From assembly GCA_964187785.1 (NCBI GenBank), contig OZ076409.1:47680001-47744000 (forward strand): 64,000 nt of DNA, given 5' to 3'. Source of the DNA: Amphiscolops sp. MND2022. Lineage: Eukaryota. The position numbers were made by a program, and so were the translations under genes. Under the pieces are notes generated by a model. It worked only from the letters and a program-made list of their open reading frames with translations, was not told the DNA's origin and did not search any database. Positions within the stretch are counted from its first letter, which is position 1. The number at the start of each line of letters is the position of its first letter. This document shows, piece after piece, positions 1 through 13,800 of this stretch.

Positions 1-656
1 GTCCCCCCTTTCAGTTTTTTCGGCATTGTGAGACTTTTTTCAAAATTTTTTTTTCACCAAAAGTGCCCCTCCAATTTTTTTGATGATTTGCGACAGAATG
101 GATGAAAAATCTCAAAGTGTCCCCTCTGGTGTGCCAATTCGGTTCGACTTTTGGGTTTTTCCGGTACCGTATAAAAGAATACTTTGACACTTTGAAGTCC
201 TTTTGCTGTTTTTGACCCTTAGATATGGCGCCGACTTGGGCCGTTCCCGGCTTGTTTTTCAATACACCTGAAGTGTCCAAAATAGTTCTACCAAAAGTTC
301 TACACAATTTTAAATTGCACCGGTTGGCTCAGGGAACTGAACCAAAAAGGTTTTTTTCCGCGTTACACATTACCGGGCGAGACTGAAGAGTCCTCCCTTT
401 CAGCTTTTTTTCCGGCATTGTGCGACTCTTGAAATTTTTTTTCACCAAAGGGTCCCCCTTCAGTTTTTTTGAGTTTTGCGACAGAATGGATGTTTAAAAT
501 CACAAAGGGTCCCCCTTTCATTTTTTTCGGCATTGTGAGACCTTTTTTCAAAAAAAAATTTCCGGTGCTGTAGAAGAGAATACTGTGACACTTTGAAGTC
601 CTTTTGCTATTTTTGAGCCTTAGATATGGCGCCGACTTCGGCCGGTCCCGGTTTGC
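1..656 (+). mobile_element. Two adjacent HINE-like family A pieces (ending near 256 and 656)
   Basis: 3' end GATATGGCGCCGACTT(G/C)GGCCG(T/G)TCCCGG; internal AAAGGGTCCCCC/TTTTTCGGCA motifs. Confidence 0.8.
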
Positions 657-964
657 TAACTTTTATTTACGATTTCTTCAATTCCGTTGAATGAACTGTT
701 CTCAGAATTCAGATGAGAGTATGGAAAATTAGTTTAGAAGAGCACGCCGGTGAGAGGTTAATTTCTTTCCCTCTATCCCATATTATAAAATGCGACAAAT
801 TAGTTGCTCCTATAATATAAAATGTATTTTGCTAGGTTAACCTCCAATCCCCCATGCCGAAGACAGTTAGTCAATATGACTCGGTTATCAGTTCCTGTTG
901 AATCCCGTTAGATGAAATCATCGGTCAATGGTTCTTGCATATGGGAGATTTTTGGTGTAAAATT

Positions 965-1535
965 CATTGACCTAGATAGGTTTGTATGTAAATGGGTTCT
1001 AGTTTCTCTAATCGTCCCTCTACTTGAATGAAATTGTGATATATTTGTGCAATATATTGAGTAAGAACATGCACATGCATTTGTGATGATAGTGGATCAA
1101 GTATTTGAAAGCCAGTGCGTGCATAATGATCCAGAGCAAGCAAGGGGAAGTTCATTATGTGGTAGCTTACTCTGGCGCGTTAGTTGGACTGCCATAGCAG
1201 CACCAGAATTGAGGAAAGCTTCCTCCGCTGCCTTCACGTTTAAATTCTTTTTGATAAGATGTGTTACGCTGTTATAGACGCTTACGTGAAGTAGCACCTG
1301 CTTGTTTGGAGGTTTTTTCCATCTTTTTGTGTTTTTTTTTGCTTAGCAGCAAATGCAATAGCTGTATAAACATTGAAACCACTGCTACTCAGTCATTCTA
1401 AACAAAACGAATGCTATCGGTGCTGTTTAAATCCAGTTATATATTACGCAATCTTCTGTGAGTAATCCTGAAGTACAAAATGATTTCATGAACTACTATA
1501 TCACTGTTTCATTCATTTTTCGAATCAAAATCCAT
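965..1535 (-). pseudogene. Decayed intronless BTB-BACK-like remnant
   Basis: DIVVHEIILYFR...MFIQLLHLL (BTB-like), then after frameshifts LIKKNLNVKAAEEAFLN...KLPHNELPL and ILDPLSSQMHVHVL (BACK-like); by-eye match. Confidence 0.4.
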
Positions 1536-1591
1536 TGTTATTGTTGCCTCTATTCCTCAATTGATTATCACTAAATAGTTATTATAATAAA

Positions 1592-1816
1592 ATGGCCGAA
1601 GCTGTTAAAGTTATTGTTAGATGTCGACCCATGAACCAACGTGAGAAAAATTTGGGGTGCGAGGAAATAGTTTGTATGAACTCAGGTATCCAGTGTGCGC
1701 TTGTCAATCCAGATAGTCCGAATGATCCACCCAAAGATTTCACATTCGACGGTGCTTACTTTACTGACAGTACCACCGAGCAGATTTATAACGACGTCTG
1801 TTTTGACCTCGTCGAG
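1592..1816 (+). CDS. KIF17: Kinesin exon 1 ([13 protein letters not shown]...FTFDGAY)
   Basis: ATG at 1592; donor GAG|GTAACT; phase 0. Confidence 0.93.
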
Positions 1817-4800
1817 GTAACTAAACAATTTAGCGTCAAATTTCATGGACTGGACATGGGTTATAAAAAGTTCGAAATATGGAAATGATTATTAGTGTTG
1901 AATTACCACACTAGATACTTGTAAGGGCCAATGAGACATATATTGTCAATAATCCGTCCAACTAAGGTTTTACGAATTTTTTTCCTAATGTATTATCGCT
2001 TGAAATAAGCGCTCATAGATGCTCTTGATTGCCAATGGCTGTTTTATATTGATCTAGAATTGACTTATATTCTTCAATTATTTGTTGAGTTTTCAATGGC
2101 TTCATTGTATTTCTTTAACCTCAACTCAATAAAATCTTTGTCACATCAAAAAGTGGTTTTCAGAAACGTTGAAATTTCTAGAATGTTCTGGAAGGTTACA
2201 ATGGCACAGTGTTTGCGTATGGGCAAACTGGCTGTGGAAAGTCCTTCTCCATGCAAGGCATTGTGGATCCAGCCACTCAACGAGGCATCATTCCTCGTGC
2301 ATTTGATCACATCTTCGAGGCCGTGTCTGTCACGAAAGACAAGAAGTTTTTGGTGCATGCGTCCTATTTGGAAATCTATAATGAGCAAGTACGAGATTTG
2401 CTGTCCAAAGATGCTAAAAAACAGTTGGACTTGAAGGAACATCCCGACAAAGGTGTCTATGTTCATGGTTAGTCTCCAGCTTGCTATTACGTTTTAGTTG
2501 TCGAAATGCTTCAACAAATTGACAAGTTTTTTGTTTTACATTGTCAATTAACAACTCAACTTTGATGTCTAGTATCTAATTTGAGTCAGCTTTGATGTGA
2601 TTTTCAGGTTCTGGCCATACGTGACTCTTAAAACGATATATGTAAATTTTTCGCAGCTTCCATAGTTGAAGATTTGATTACGCAACGAGAGCTCCTTTTT
2701 GAACGATTGGCAAAAGCTCGGAATTTTTTTCAGCGCCTTGTTCAGAAGTATTACAATTCCGATGAGTGAAACTTTTGTTCCGTTTTCGTGGTTCACATAG
2801 CATCGTTTGATTATCTAATTATCTAAATTATCTAAGATTTAGGACGCTTTTCTTTTAGCGCTAAGAATCAAATTGTGCAGCAGTAATCATTAATCGGAGA
2901 CGCATTTGATGATGTGGTGTGAAATAATACTAAACCGTCTGGAACTACAAAAGATATCTGAAAAGAACTTGCGAGTTGGCTTGCTTGTCAGTGTGGTTCG
3001 GATCCCGCACTGGACTTGAAAATTCTCTGTTTGCAAAGGCAGAAGAGACCAAAGGGTATCCCTTTCGTTTTTTTTTTCGGCGATGTGCAATTTTTGTTGG
3101 ATTTTTCTTCGCTAAAAGGTCTACCCGTAGTTTTCAGCTTGGAGAAAAGAATAATGAATGAGGAATCAGTATAAAAATACATCAATAAAAGGCGACATAA
3201 TCCATTGAATCAAAAAATACCTAATGTTAACCATGTATGTGGGAGACATCTGCCTAGCATCTCCTAGAAAGGGTCATTTTCAGCTTGGAAAAAGCGTTTT
3301 TCGGGTCAAAAAGTTTCTTCAGCATTAAGTGATTTTTGCCCCCCTTAGTGGAAGTTTGCATCTAATTAGTGTCGAACTCTTGAATCTTTTCAAATTGAAC
3401 TGTAACACTAGTTTCCTGACATAACATATAACGACAAAAAGTGGTGTATATCAAAAGTTTTGAAGAAGAAGAAGAAGAAGAAGATTTATTATTATTTGCT
3501 GCCCTAAGGCGTACAAAATACAATCAAAAGTATAAACTCAAAAAACAACTGTTTTCTGAGTAGGAAATTTCCTACTGTTTAAGCATTGTTTGTCTTTTTT
3601 TGTTGAATTTCATGGCTTTCAACCATTGTAGTCCAGTTTAGCTCAATTTTGATTTTGCTTGATTATTGATTTATTTTGTCCGGAAATCTACAGAAATAGC
3701 ATATGACCTATTTTTGGTTAGTCATTTCGGAATTATATTACGTCTCACCAAGAAAAAACGGTCAGTACATTCTTTTTTTTGAGTGGCCTTTTCGGAACCT
3801 TATATGCGCATATATGTATGAACTAGGTTTTCACTTCTTAGAGGCATTTTTGTTGTGATTATTACGCTACATTTTTTTTTAAACAAATGAATTTGGAAAT
3901 CGTCCGATGGATTTCGAAAAGGCGAATTGTAACAGTATGCGAAAAATATCGCTGTGCCACTGTCCTTGATAGTATAAGTGGTCAAAAAGCTGCTGTATTT
4001 ACTTAAACTTTATTTCATCTTACATCAGTGGAAACACTACTCTGATGCCCTGATGCTACCATGGCTTGGCATGAGAGCCACATCATTTTTACCTTTATGG
4101 ATTGTTGAAGTTAGGGTCTTGGTTTTGCTGCTTTTAGGGTTGTCTCTGAATGAAGTGCGAAACGTGGACGAGTGTCAACTTCTGATGGCCAAAGGCTGGA
4201 ACAACAGGTCTGTGGGGGCCACACTCATGAATGCAGACTCATCTCGGTCCCACTCCATCTTCACCATCAACATTGAGATGATAGCCGCTATGGATGCCGC
4301 CAGCCAAAGCAACAACTCCGATCATATTCTGGCTGCCAAACTGAACCTCGTCGACTTGGCTGGTAGTGAAAGACAGTCTAAAACTGGTTGGTTCACTGGC
4401 TGTTCTATTGAATATTGAATGCTCTCATTAATTCCAGTTATTCTTGCCCATTTCATTTTTACGACCGAAAAAAATGTGAGATTTTTGGCAGTTTTGTCAT
4501 TTTTCTTCAACACCAAAGTGCCGGAAATTTCCTACTGTTTAAGCATTGTTTGTCTTTTTTTGTTGAATTTCATGGCTTTCAACCATTGTAGTCCAGTTTA
4601 GCTCAATTTTGATTTTGCTTGATTATTGATTTATTTTGTCCGGAAATCTACAGAAATAGCATATGACCTATTTTTGGTTAGTTTCACAAAATCGCTCATC
4701 TCTAGTTTCCCACTCGATTTCTCGATTGGTCTGATTCTGGAGATTTTTTGTTTATTATTTGCTTTTTCGATATATACAGTTCTCGTTTGATATGCATCCA

Positions 4801-7800
4801 ACAAATTTCTCCTTATTTGACCCGCTTTCGCAACTTTGGATCATTGAATATAAACTAGGGGACGCCGCAAAAAGGCCTATTCTTAGGGATAATAAAACTG
4901 CCGATTTTGAAATTATAACAAAACAGCCAATTCTAGAGCGCATCAAAATGGCCGATTTTCGAAGCGTAGCAAAAAGTACCTGCTTAGCTACGGAGGCACA
5001 CCTATAGTGCCTTAGATGCAGGAGAGAATCGAAGTGCCATGACTTGACTAACTGTTTTGACGAAGGCAGAGTCATACAGCCAATTGTTTTTGCGGTTTTA
5101 GAAAGGCTAATATCAAAAATAAATTGGCACTTTTGTTACATTGAAAAATCGGTCATTTTGTGGTGCATCCGGATAGTTTATTTTCAACATAACAAAAGAG
5201 AGCCGATTTCTAAAAATCTTCAGGCCAATTTTTCCATCGGTCTTAAATCAGTCCTAATCTAGAGTCCCCCATTGCTGCTGTATGGGTTGATTTGTAGCAT
5301 ATATCTATAGGTGCATCTGGAGACCGTTTGAAAGAAGCAACCAAAATCAACTTATCTTTGTCGGCTCTGGGCAACGTAATCAGTGCTTTGGTGGATGGCA
5401 AGTCTAAACACATTCCATACAGAGACTCGAAGTTGACTCGCCTATTGCAGGACTCTTTAGGAGGCAACACAAAGACGTTGATGGTGGCTTGTCTGTCTCC
5501 TGCTGGGGACAATTACGATGAGACTTTGAGCACTCTGAGGTGGGCAAGTAACTTAAAAGTTTCCTTTTCCACTAGAAGGGAATTTTCAGTTGCTGCTTGC
5601 TAATTTAAAAAGTTCCCGATGTTTGTACTTGTTGGTTGTTTGTCGAGCAGATCTCAGACTGAATTGTCTTTTTACAGACTAACCCTTAGATCCAATAGCA
5701 TTCACATCATTGGTTTGATCGCTACTCAAATTTACCGCTATCGCTAGCAACCGCTAGTAATCGCTGCTATCTGAAACATGTAGCGACTTTTTCATAAATT
5801 TTAGCGAAGAGGGTCATTCTATTTTGACCAGTGACCGCTTTCTCTTCTTGCAGATCATGAGAATTTTTAGGAAAGTGTTCAAATTAAAATTCAGCTACAA
5901 CTAGCTACCGTTTTTCGTCGGCGCTTCATGAAGTGAAACGCGACTATTATAGTGACTCTTTTTAAAGTTTTTTTTTCAATCCACACGAACTGACGAAAAT
6001 AGTTCTTAAAAGTTCTACGAAATTTTATGGTCCCAAATTGAATCATTTGGCCCAGCGAACTGAACCAAAAAGGGCTTTCTTCTTTTTCCGCATAACACAA
6101 TACCAGGAGAGACTAAAGGGGAGCATAGCATGGCGTAGTGGTTAGGGGAGCATGGCGTAGTGGTTAGAGCATTCGGCCTGTACTGGGGCGGATGCTCGGC
6201 CTGTACCATTCAGTTATGGTCCCCCTTTCAGTTTTTTTGGCATTGAGAATTTTTTTTCGAAAATTTTCTTTTTACCTAAAGGGTCCCCCTTCAATTTTTT
6301 TGATATTTGACAACAATGGATGTCAAAAAATCCGAAAGGGCCCCCTCTTTTAGCGCGCCGGCGTGCCAATTCGGCCCAACTTTCGTACTCTAAAAGACTT
6401 GACACTTTCAGGTACTGCAAAAGAATACTTGACACTTGACGTCCTTTTGCTATTTTTGAGTCTTAGATATGGCGCCGACTTATGCCGATCCCGGCTTATT
6501 ATAATCAGCGGTAGCGATAGCTGAATTACGCTTAGCGGCCAAACCACTGATTCACAGGTTCACCTCTCCTCGTTTGACTATCCGATTAATTTCTACGTTT
6601 AGCGAAATCTCACCCGCTATGGATTTTTGTCATTGATATTAACTGATTTTTTTTGTGGGAAGTTTTCCACGTTGTAATCGTTATATCACGGGCTACTAAA
6701 CAAGTTCATTTTGAAAACTCTTGAACTGTTTGCTTTGGTAAGTTTCCAAAGCCAGCTTTCATTTGTCGAAATTGGTGGCATTCGTAACAAATTAATGTTA
6801 TAAGTGACAATGTTGTCTTGAATTTCTGCTATTTCTGAATCATATAAACTCCATTAATTTATATTAAAAGTGTTATATTTATGAGTTAAAAATCGCTGCC
6901 CAGGTAAATGAGCCCCGAAAGGGTAGATTTTAAAATTAAGATGCCAATTACCTTTTGTTATAACATGGATTTTTCCTCGAAATCGTATGTAACAGAATCA
7001 TTAGTGATAGACAGTATTGAGAATCAATCCATCTTGACTACAAATTCTGAATACTTCATTAGAAAAATGGCCAAGTTGGTGCATTCTACAACTGAAATCT
7101 GCAACTCTATGTCACAATTAAATCCCACTGTAAGCAATTGCTTGGCAGCAACTGAGTCTTGTAATGCCCAAAAACTTGAGCAATGTACAAGCTGCTATAA
7201 GCCTCACCTGAAAAAAAAATAAGCAACACGAAGATAAATCAACTTCATTGCTATGAATATTCCACTGTCGAATGTTTGTGACGGGCATGTCATTTTAACC
7301 ACTGTCGATTTGGACAATCTCTGAGTGGTTAATTTGTCCGCGGAAAGTGTTCACGGTATGATCCTACACTCATAGACGAATTACGTGACATTTTTAGTGC
7401 AAGATTAGCCCGTGCGATTTCGACCATATACAAAACAAGCAGCACAAGCCTTACTTGTTTCAAATCCAATCAATGAGCCATGCCAAAAGTAGGATTGCTT
7501 ATAAGCAATATATAAGCAACTGTTATATATAACAGTGTTTAGGCGTAATAGAGCGTCCTAACTTGGTGTTATTCAGCACATTTTGTTGCATTTATGTAGC
7601 TACTCAAATTAATTAAATCTTATCTTTTTGAGCACTGTATTCAATTCATTCTGAATTCAAGGAGACTGAGAATACTACATATTTGATCCAACTGTCATTC
7701 GGCTAGTTTACCAAACAGCCCTTGTATCGCCAAATCTTTTTGGTTCAAGTCATGAGAAGTAGGGCGTTGCATATTCCCAAGTTACCATGTCATTATAAAT

Positions 7801-10800
7801 CTTAGTCATCAGAAATTGACGAAGTTGGGTTTCAAAGCAACTAATGTAATTTCGGCCTATTTCAATTGAATGATTTATATTCGCTCTTAGCGTTTTGTCT
7901 GGCCTAGCGTCTGCAATGTACTTTTACATTTGCTTTATTGTGGTGTTTACTATCGATAATAACTGTTTTTGATATTTTCATGTTTGTTTGAAGGTACGCT
8001 AATCGCGCGAAGAACATTAAAAACAAGCCCAAGATTAATGAAGATCCCAAAGACGCCTTGTTGCGACAGTACCAAGAGGAGATCATGCAGCTAAAAGCCC
8101 TTCTACAGGGAAAGCCTATCTCTGCTCCTGTTGCAACTGCCTCTGCATTGATTTCTCACCCTAACAACAGTAAGCATTCACTTGTTTATCTCATTGTCTT
8201 CGCAAGATTATTGCATGTGAATAAATAGTACAATTTGGTTCTCTAGGGAATAATGCGGCAGATGAAGGCGGTAGATTGGAGATGGAAAAAGAGAAAATTA
8301 AAAATGTAAGTGCGAGTAACCTAATATGTTTCCTAATTCTATCCTTGAGTAGTTGTATTGATTATTGCTGCTATATGAGGTTTAATGGCAGTTACCATTT
8401 GATGTTGTAATTCCAGCAATATGAGTCACAGTTGAGGCAAATGGAACAGCAAATAGCAGATCTGAGTCAGGCTAAAAACATGGTAGAGCATGAACTATCA
8501 GCTCTCAAAGAGGCTGCTGGGTCTTCGAAAAGCAGCCAGAAGAATAAACAACAGCCAGAGATTACGTCACCCACTGACACTGTTCATGACGAGGGGCAGA
8601 ATGGAAGGGAGCTGAATGAGATTGTGCAAGATGTGGAAGCGCTCCAGGAAGTCGTTGACGAGGATCAAGCGTTCGAAGAATTTGTTACCCAATTGGATGA
8701 CGAAGACGACGAAGAAGGTGAATGCAATAGGAGTGGCAGTGGCCGCCTGTTGGAAGTCAAACTTGATGAAAGTGTAGCCAGTGTGCGCAAAAGTCCTGAG
8801 CTTAGTAAGTATTAGTTAACTTGAAAAGATTTTTGATGGCAGGTAATCATATTTCCTGAAATACATATCCTCAAGAACATCGATTATTATTTGCGAACTT
8901 GTCTCATACTGATGGTAGGACTTCTGAAATTAGAGGAATGTTAACTAGACAGAAATCCAAGAAACTTTAATTTCTATCATATTTTGGAAAATTGGGCAGA
9001 CGTTGAGAAATTTGCAAAATCAGAAGAAATTTGCAAAATCAGCAATAGGCGTTCTAAACTTCATCAAACAGGGTTTGCATTTTTTCATCACAGGACTGTA
9101 AGTTGGTTATACATGTACATTTAGTCTTTCTGCTTTAAGCAGATCAAGTAGCGCCAGAAGCGTTGGACTGCCTGTGAATGACAACTTTTCAGATTAAATT
9201 GGTTTGAATTTACTATAGTGTTACCTTTTTGCAAAGAGGTCTTCATTTTCTCAAATTTCAAAATTGTATAACATAACTGCTACGTTTAAATTTTGTTTCC
9301 GCCAACGTGAAGTGAGACCGAACGTCACATCAAACTTTTCCTATTTATCGTAAGCTTTGTGCTCAACATAACTATGAAGATTGAATTTTAGTTGATTTAC
9401 AAAACGTGTTTATTGCAAGTACTATAACACCGGTGGATAACGAAATATTGTAAAATTGCGTTTCTGTGTTTACTTGTAAGTAGCCTAGTCTGGTTTGTGT
9501 AATGTCAGTTTCTACAGTTAGCTGTCATCCCTGTTTATAGAATTTATTTGTGCTTTTCTACTTTCCAATGGGATAATATGTTCCATTACCTTGAAGTCTG
9601 GACATTGAAAGCTGAAAGTATAAAAATCTTGCTAAATATAATATTGGGGGTCTAACTTATCTGATCGATCGCGGAAGGAGTTATTGTACGTATTTGATCT
9701 GGTCGTAAAGTCGGATGAACAGGGACCTGCTCATCGCTATTGTGATGAAATATTTGTTGGTTGCAAAAACACCCGGTAGGATCCGTAATAATTTGAGAGT
9801 AATTTCCAACATCTGAGAACTTCTGGCAAAGGTTAAAACTTCCCTAGGTGTTACTTACTAACGCTCAATTTACACGCCCAAAATGTTTGGAGACGAAATT
9901 TTTGAGATCAACCAAATAGAATTGAGAAATACGTTACAGTCTTCCGAAAAATGTGACATTTGTGTCGATTCAATTCATGTATTCTACTTAAACACTAGTT
10001 TGACAAGGTGGACTTTCTTGGTAATAAAACCAAATTAGTGTTCATTAGCTCGGCTTAGATTCCGTGAAAAGTTGATATTGTTCCAATGAGTGTTTTTGCT
10101 GTTGTAGGGCGCAAAGTGTCAAGACCCAAGTCTTCAGCCCCCAGTCTCATTTCAATCTCAGAAACCGAGTTCGAAGCTGGTGAGTAGCAAAACGATGACA
10201 GCTTTGTATCATTCAAGATCAAATTAAAGTAATGCCAAATGAGAATATATTCAAAATGAAAGTTTCAACTGCTGGCTTATATTAGTCACTGTTTGCTTAC
10301 AAGAAATGTGGGTAGTTACCGTTCTTGGCCTTTTGATTATGTAAATATATATGTAAGGTTTTCTGAGAATGTGGGTTTTTTGCTGTTTCCAGTTGGGGGA
10401 AAATGGTTTTCAAGTCTTATGTGTATCCCTTCGGGTATTTTTGGCGCTGTAAAATTGATGAAATTTTAACAATATTGTCCTTTTACCCTTGGTTCTCCGT
10501 ATGATACTGCTTATTCGGTTTTCTCTTCAAACGTTCGCAAGTGTTTGCGAAGCCCGGCTTCGCCTCTGTGTTTGAATTTCTGATGATATAGTCCATCTGG
10601 GCATGTAAAACATTTTTCGCTGTAAATCACCTGAGAACTTTGTTGAAGAGGAAAAAAATGTATATGTGAGCATGCTTAAGATAACAAATGGAAACTTTGC
10701 ACAAATTGCCTATCGCTTCAATCAATCGTTTAGTATTGTCTTCATTTTTCCAGAAATCTTGCCCGTTCCATCTATCATTTTAAAATTGATTGATTGTTTT

Positions 10801-13800
10801 GTTTAATACTTTTACTGAGCACAGCAAAGGAAGGAGGCCTAGTCGTACAATCAATATTTCCTATGGTTTTTTTGTTCGGGAGTTTTTCCCTATAATCGAA
10901 AACTTGATTCGCCGTTTAGGAACTGATTCTTTTTCGTCAAGTAGATCATGGTTTCCGCTGGTGATTTTTGTGTGCCTTGAGAACATTTTCCAATTAATAA
11001 TAACCTAAAAGTAGTAAATTTTTGACTGGGCAAATTAAATCCCATTTTGATATTCACCTGTGTTCGAGAGGAAACATCATATTTGTTGTACAACGTTGCT
11101 TCTATTTTAATCCACTTAGAAAGAAATGGGTGTGATAAGTTTCTGACCTCTTTATGAGCTCCTATAAATCTTTATTGATTTTCAGCAGTGCCCTCTCGAA
11201 TTAAATTTAAATACTTAACACTTTGCATACTCAATGCATTGAATTGTGCTCTATTCAATTCGGAATTCAGATTCATTAACCCTTCAAAATGGTACAATGG
11301 CTGCTGTCAATCTTCTGATGGTTTTGTGGATTTCAGTGGCAACTGATTTATCAAGTATATCATTGGTGGTTTTAACACTTCACCGCAGACAAACTCACGA
11401 CATCCCTAATAAAGAAAATACTTTTCATTCAAGCTCCAGTTTTTGTCCTTTTCTAACTTGTGTCTCCTTATACAAGAGTTTAATAGTGGCCCACTTTGGT
11501 TAATGCTCCACAAATAGAACAAATTCCAGCTTACAACTGCAACACTTGTTTTATTCTCTTCTTACATTCTAATTCGATGATATTTTACGCCTCAAATGAT
11601 AAGCGCTCGAGCTGAATTTTGTTCAACGCAGAACTGTTGCTCTTTTAGTGGTGTAGTTTTTTGAGATGATGTCAGTTTTTGGCGTTGGCCGTTGTTATTG
11701 GTTGGCTTCTTGTGTCGTTTTTGGATGTTTGCTGTGTAAAGCCAAAGCAACACATCGAAGCAGATGCATCATCCGACAACGTTCGAATTCATTTGATAGT
11801 ATCAAACTACTGATATTTTAAAGTTAACCGGCAAAACAATTGAAGTGTCAAACCGAAGAAAAAACGATGATGACTGCACGGTAATCGCTTTGAAAGAAGC
11901 TTCAAAATGCCAGCTCTTGTTTCATCTTTTGATTGATGAAGGAGTTCGTTTTTATTTGAAAACAGTTTAATGTTTTGTGTATTGCCGAAAAGAGACTGAC
12001 AGACACAACCAGAAAAATATTTGTATCAATTATATGAGTATGCCAATTTACAACAAAAACTTCCAGAACAGAAACGAATGCCTTCAGTGCAACAAACCTT
12101 TCAAGTTCAACTTATCTTCAGAAAAAGTCCCTGGATGGAGTTACCACTACAAATGCTTCACTTGCTGTAAGTATATTGGAATGTAAATTACCTCAAGCCA
12201 TGGAAAGCTTGAAATCAGTGACATTGTTTGCTTCAGCTGTTTGTGCCAAACTGATTGAAGAAGAGTACTTTGCAGATCCTCTGTCATCTCAAAATTCAGT
12301 TTATTGTGCCATCTGTGCCCAAAGTGAATTTGGAGAAGCTCTGCACAATTACCCCAAAGACTTTTTCCAACACGACAAAGTGCGCAAAATAAGACACGGA
12401 AAGTTGCTGCCCTTGGTGGGAATCAAGCGCAAACTCAAGTCAACTGCTTCTGTTCTGGGAATTCCTCAGTAGAACTGCATCAGATATACTCTCTGCCCTT
12501 GAAGACACTTTGTACTACTAAACTTGTCAGCTTTAATTGCAAGAGATAATTTATTCTTTGTATCTTTTTATGAGATGTCTCGGTTCAGGTTTTCCTCTTG
12601 GAAATACACAAGGGTAACAAGCTATTTTTGCTTGTGGTAAAGTTTTAACAGTCTTATTGATTTCAATATGACAGCCTCTTGAGTGAAAATTTACCTGATT
12701 CCAGCCGAAAATATTAAGGTATCTTGTGTTAATATATGGAACTGCAGACACCTTTTTTGGGGATATACTCTCTGCCCTTATAGTCTCTGGGGTGTTTTTG
12801 TCTGCTCTTTTCTTGCTGCTGCAATATGAGCTGTACGTACGGCTTCCGCTGTAATTTTAATTGAATTGTGTTCGAGGCTTTAAAATACTGTTTTCAAGTC
12901 GCGCTTTCTATTTCTATCTTTTTTTTGTCGCTAAAACGTCTTTGCAGTCTTTTTAGCAACAAAATTTCGCCTAAATGGTCGCAACCCTAAATGGACCGGG
13001 GAAATTTCAGAAGCCATCCAAAAATCTGATGCTTAAATTTTAAAGCGCAATATTGCTGGGCTGGGGGCTCGCTGGCTCAGGCCCCTGGCGTGCAAAATTT
13101 ATTGCGTGAGGTCCTCCGCTTGTGAGCGGATTCGCCCCACTGGCTCCGGACTTTGCGCCAAAAACCTGGCACGCCTCGTGTCTGATTGCAATTTGTGTTT
13201 AGTGTTTCAAAACATGCTAGGGCCCCTGCGACCCAACCTTGATTAGTGGGATAAAGTAGCCACAAACGACAACTGGAGAAACTGAAAACCTGCACTCAGT
13301 TTTTCTTTTCCATACATTCTGCTAGTGCCTTCAGTAGTTTGCAGAAACTAACTGGCACGAAATAGTTCCTTGGTCCATTTAGGGTTTAGCGATATAGTGC
13401 TAAGTAATTCTGTATTTCGCTGAGAGATTCATCTGTGATAGAATAAGAATGCAAAATGTTATTACTTTTCATTGGTATTACATTCTTTTAATCAACTAAC
13501 AAAGCTTATAGATCGAAATTTATACGCTTTCAGCCAATTTCAATTGCAGTGTCGGAAAATTTAGGAAATGGGATTTTCGTTGTCAAAAAATAACATCTTT
13601 TATTTAATATTTTGAAAATGCGCACGATAACATGGCAGCCCCCATTTTGACAGTTGCAAGGTCTGCAATTATTACAGGCTTCGTTAGAAAAAAGTATTTT
13701 CTTACTCCCCAGGAGTTGAGAAATACTCCATCGAAAGACTTGATTTATGGCGACTTGGTTGGCCATCTGAAAGCAAGCGAACCTAAAAATTATCGACGAG

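Noticed and set aside
6908..7222. 104-aa intronic ORF
   Set aside because: No splice phase fitting kinesin exons 4-5, which join directly in the motor domain, and no motif I can recognise.
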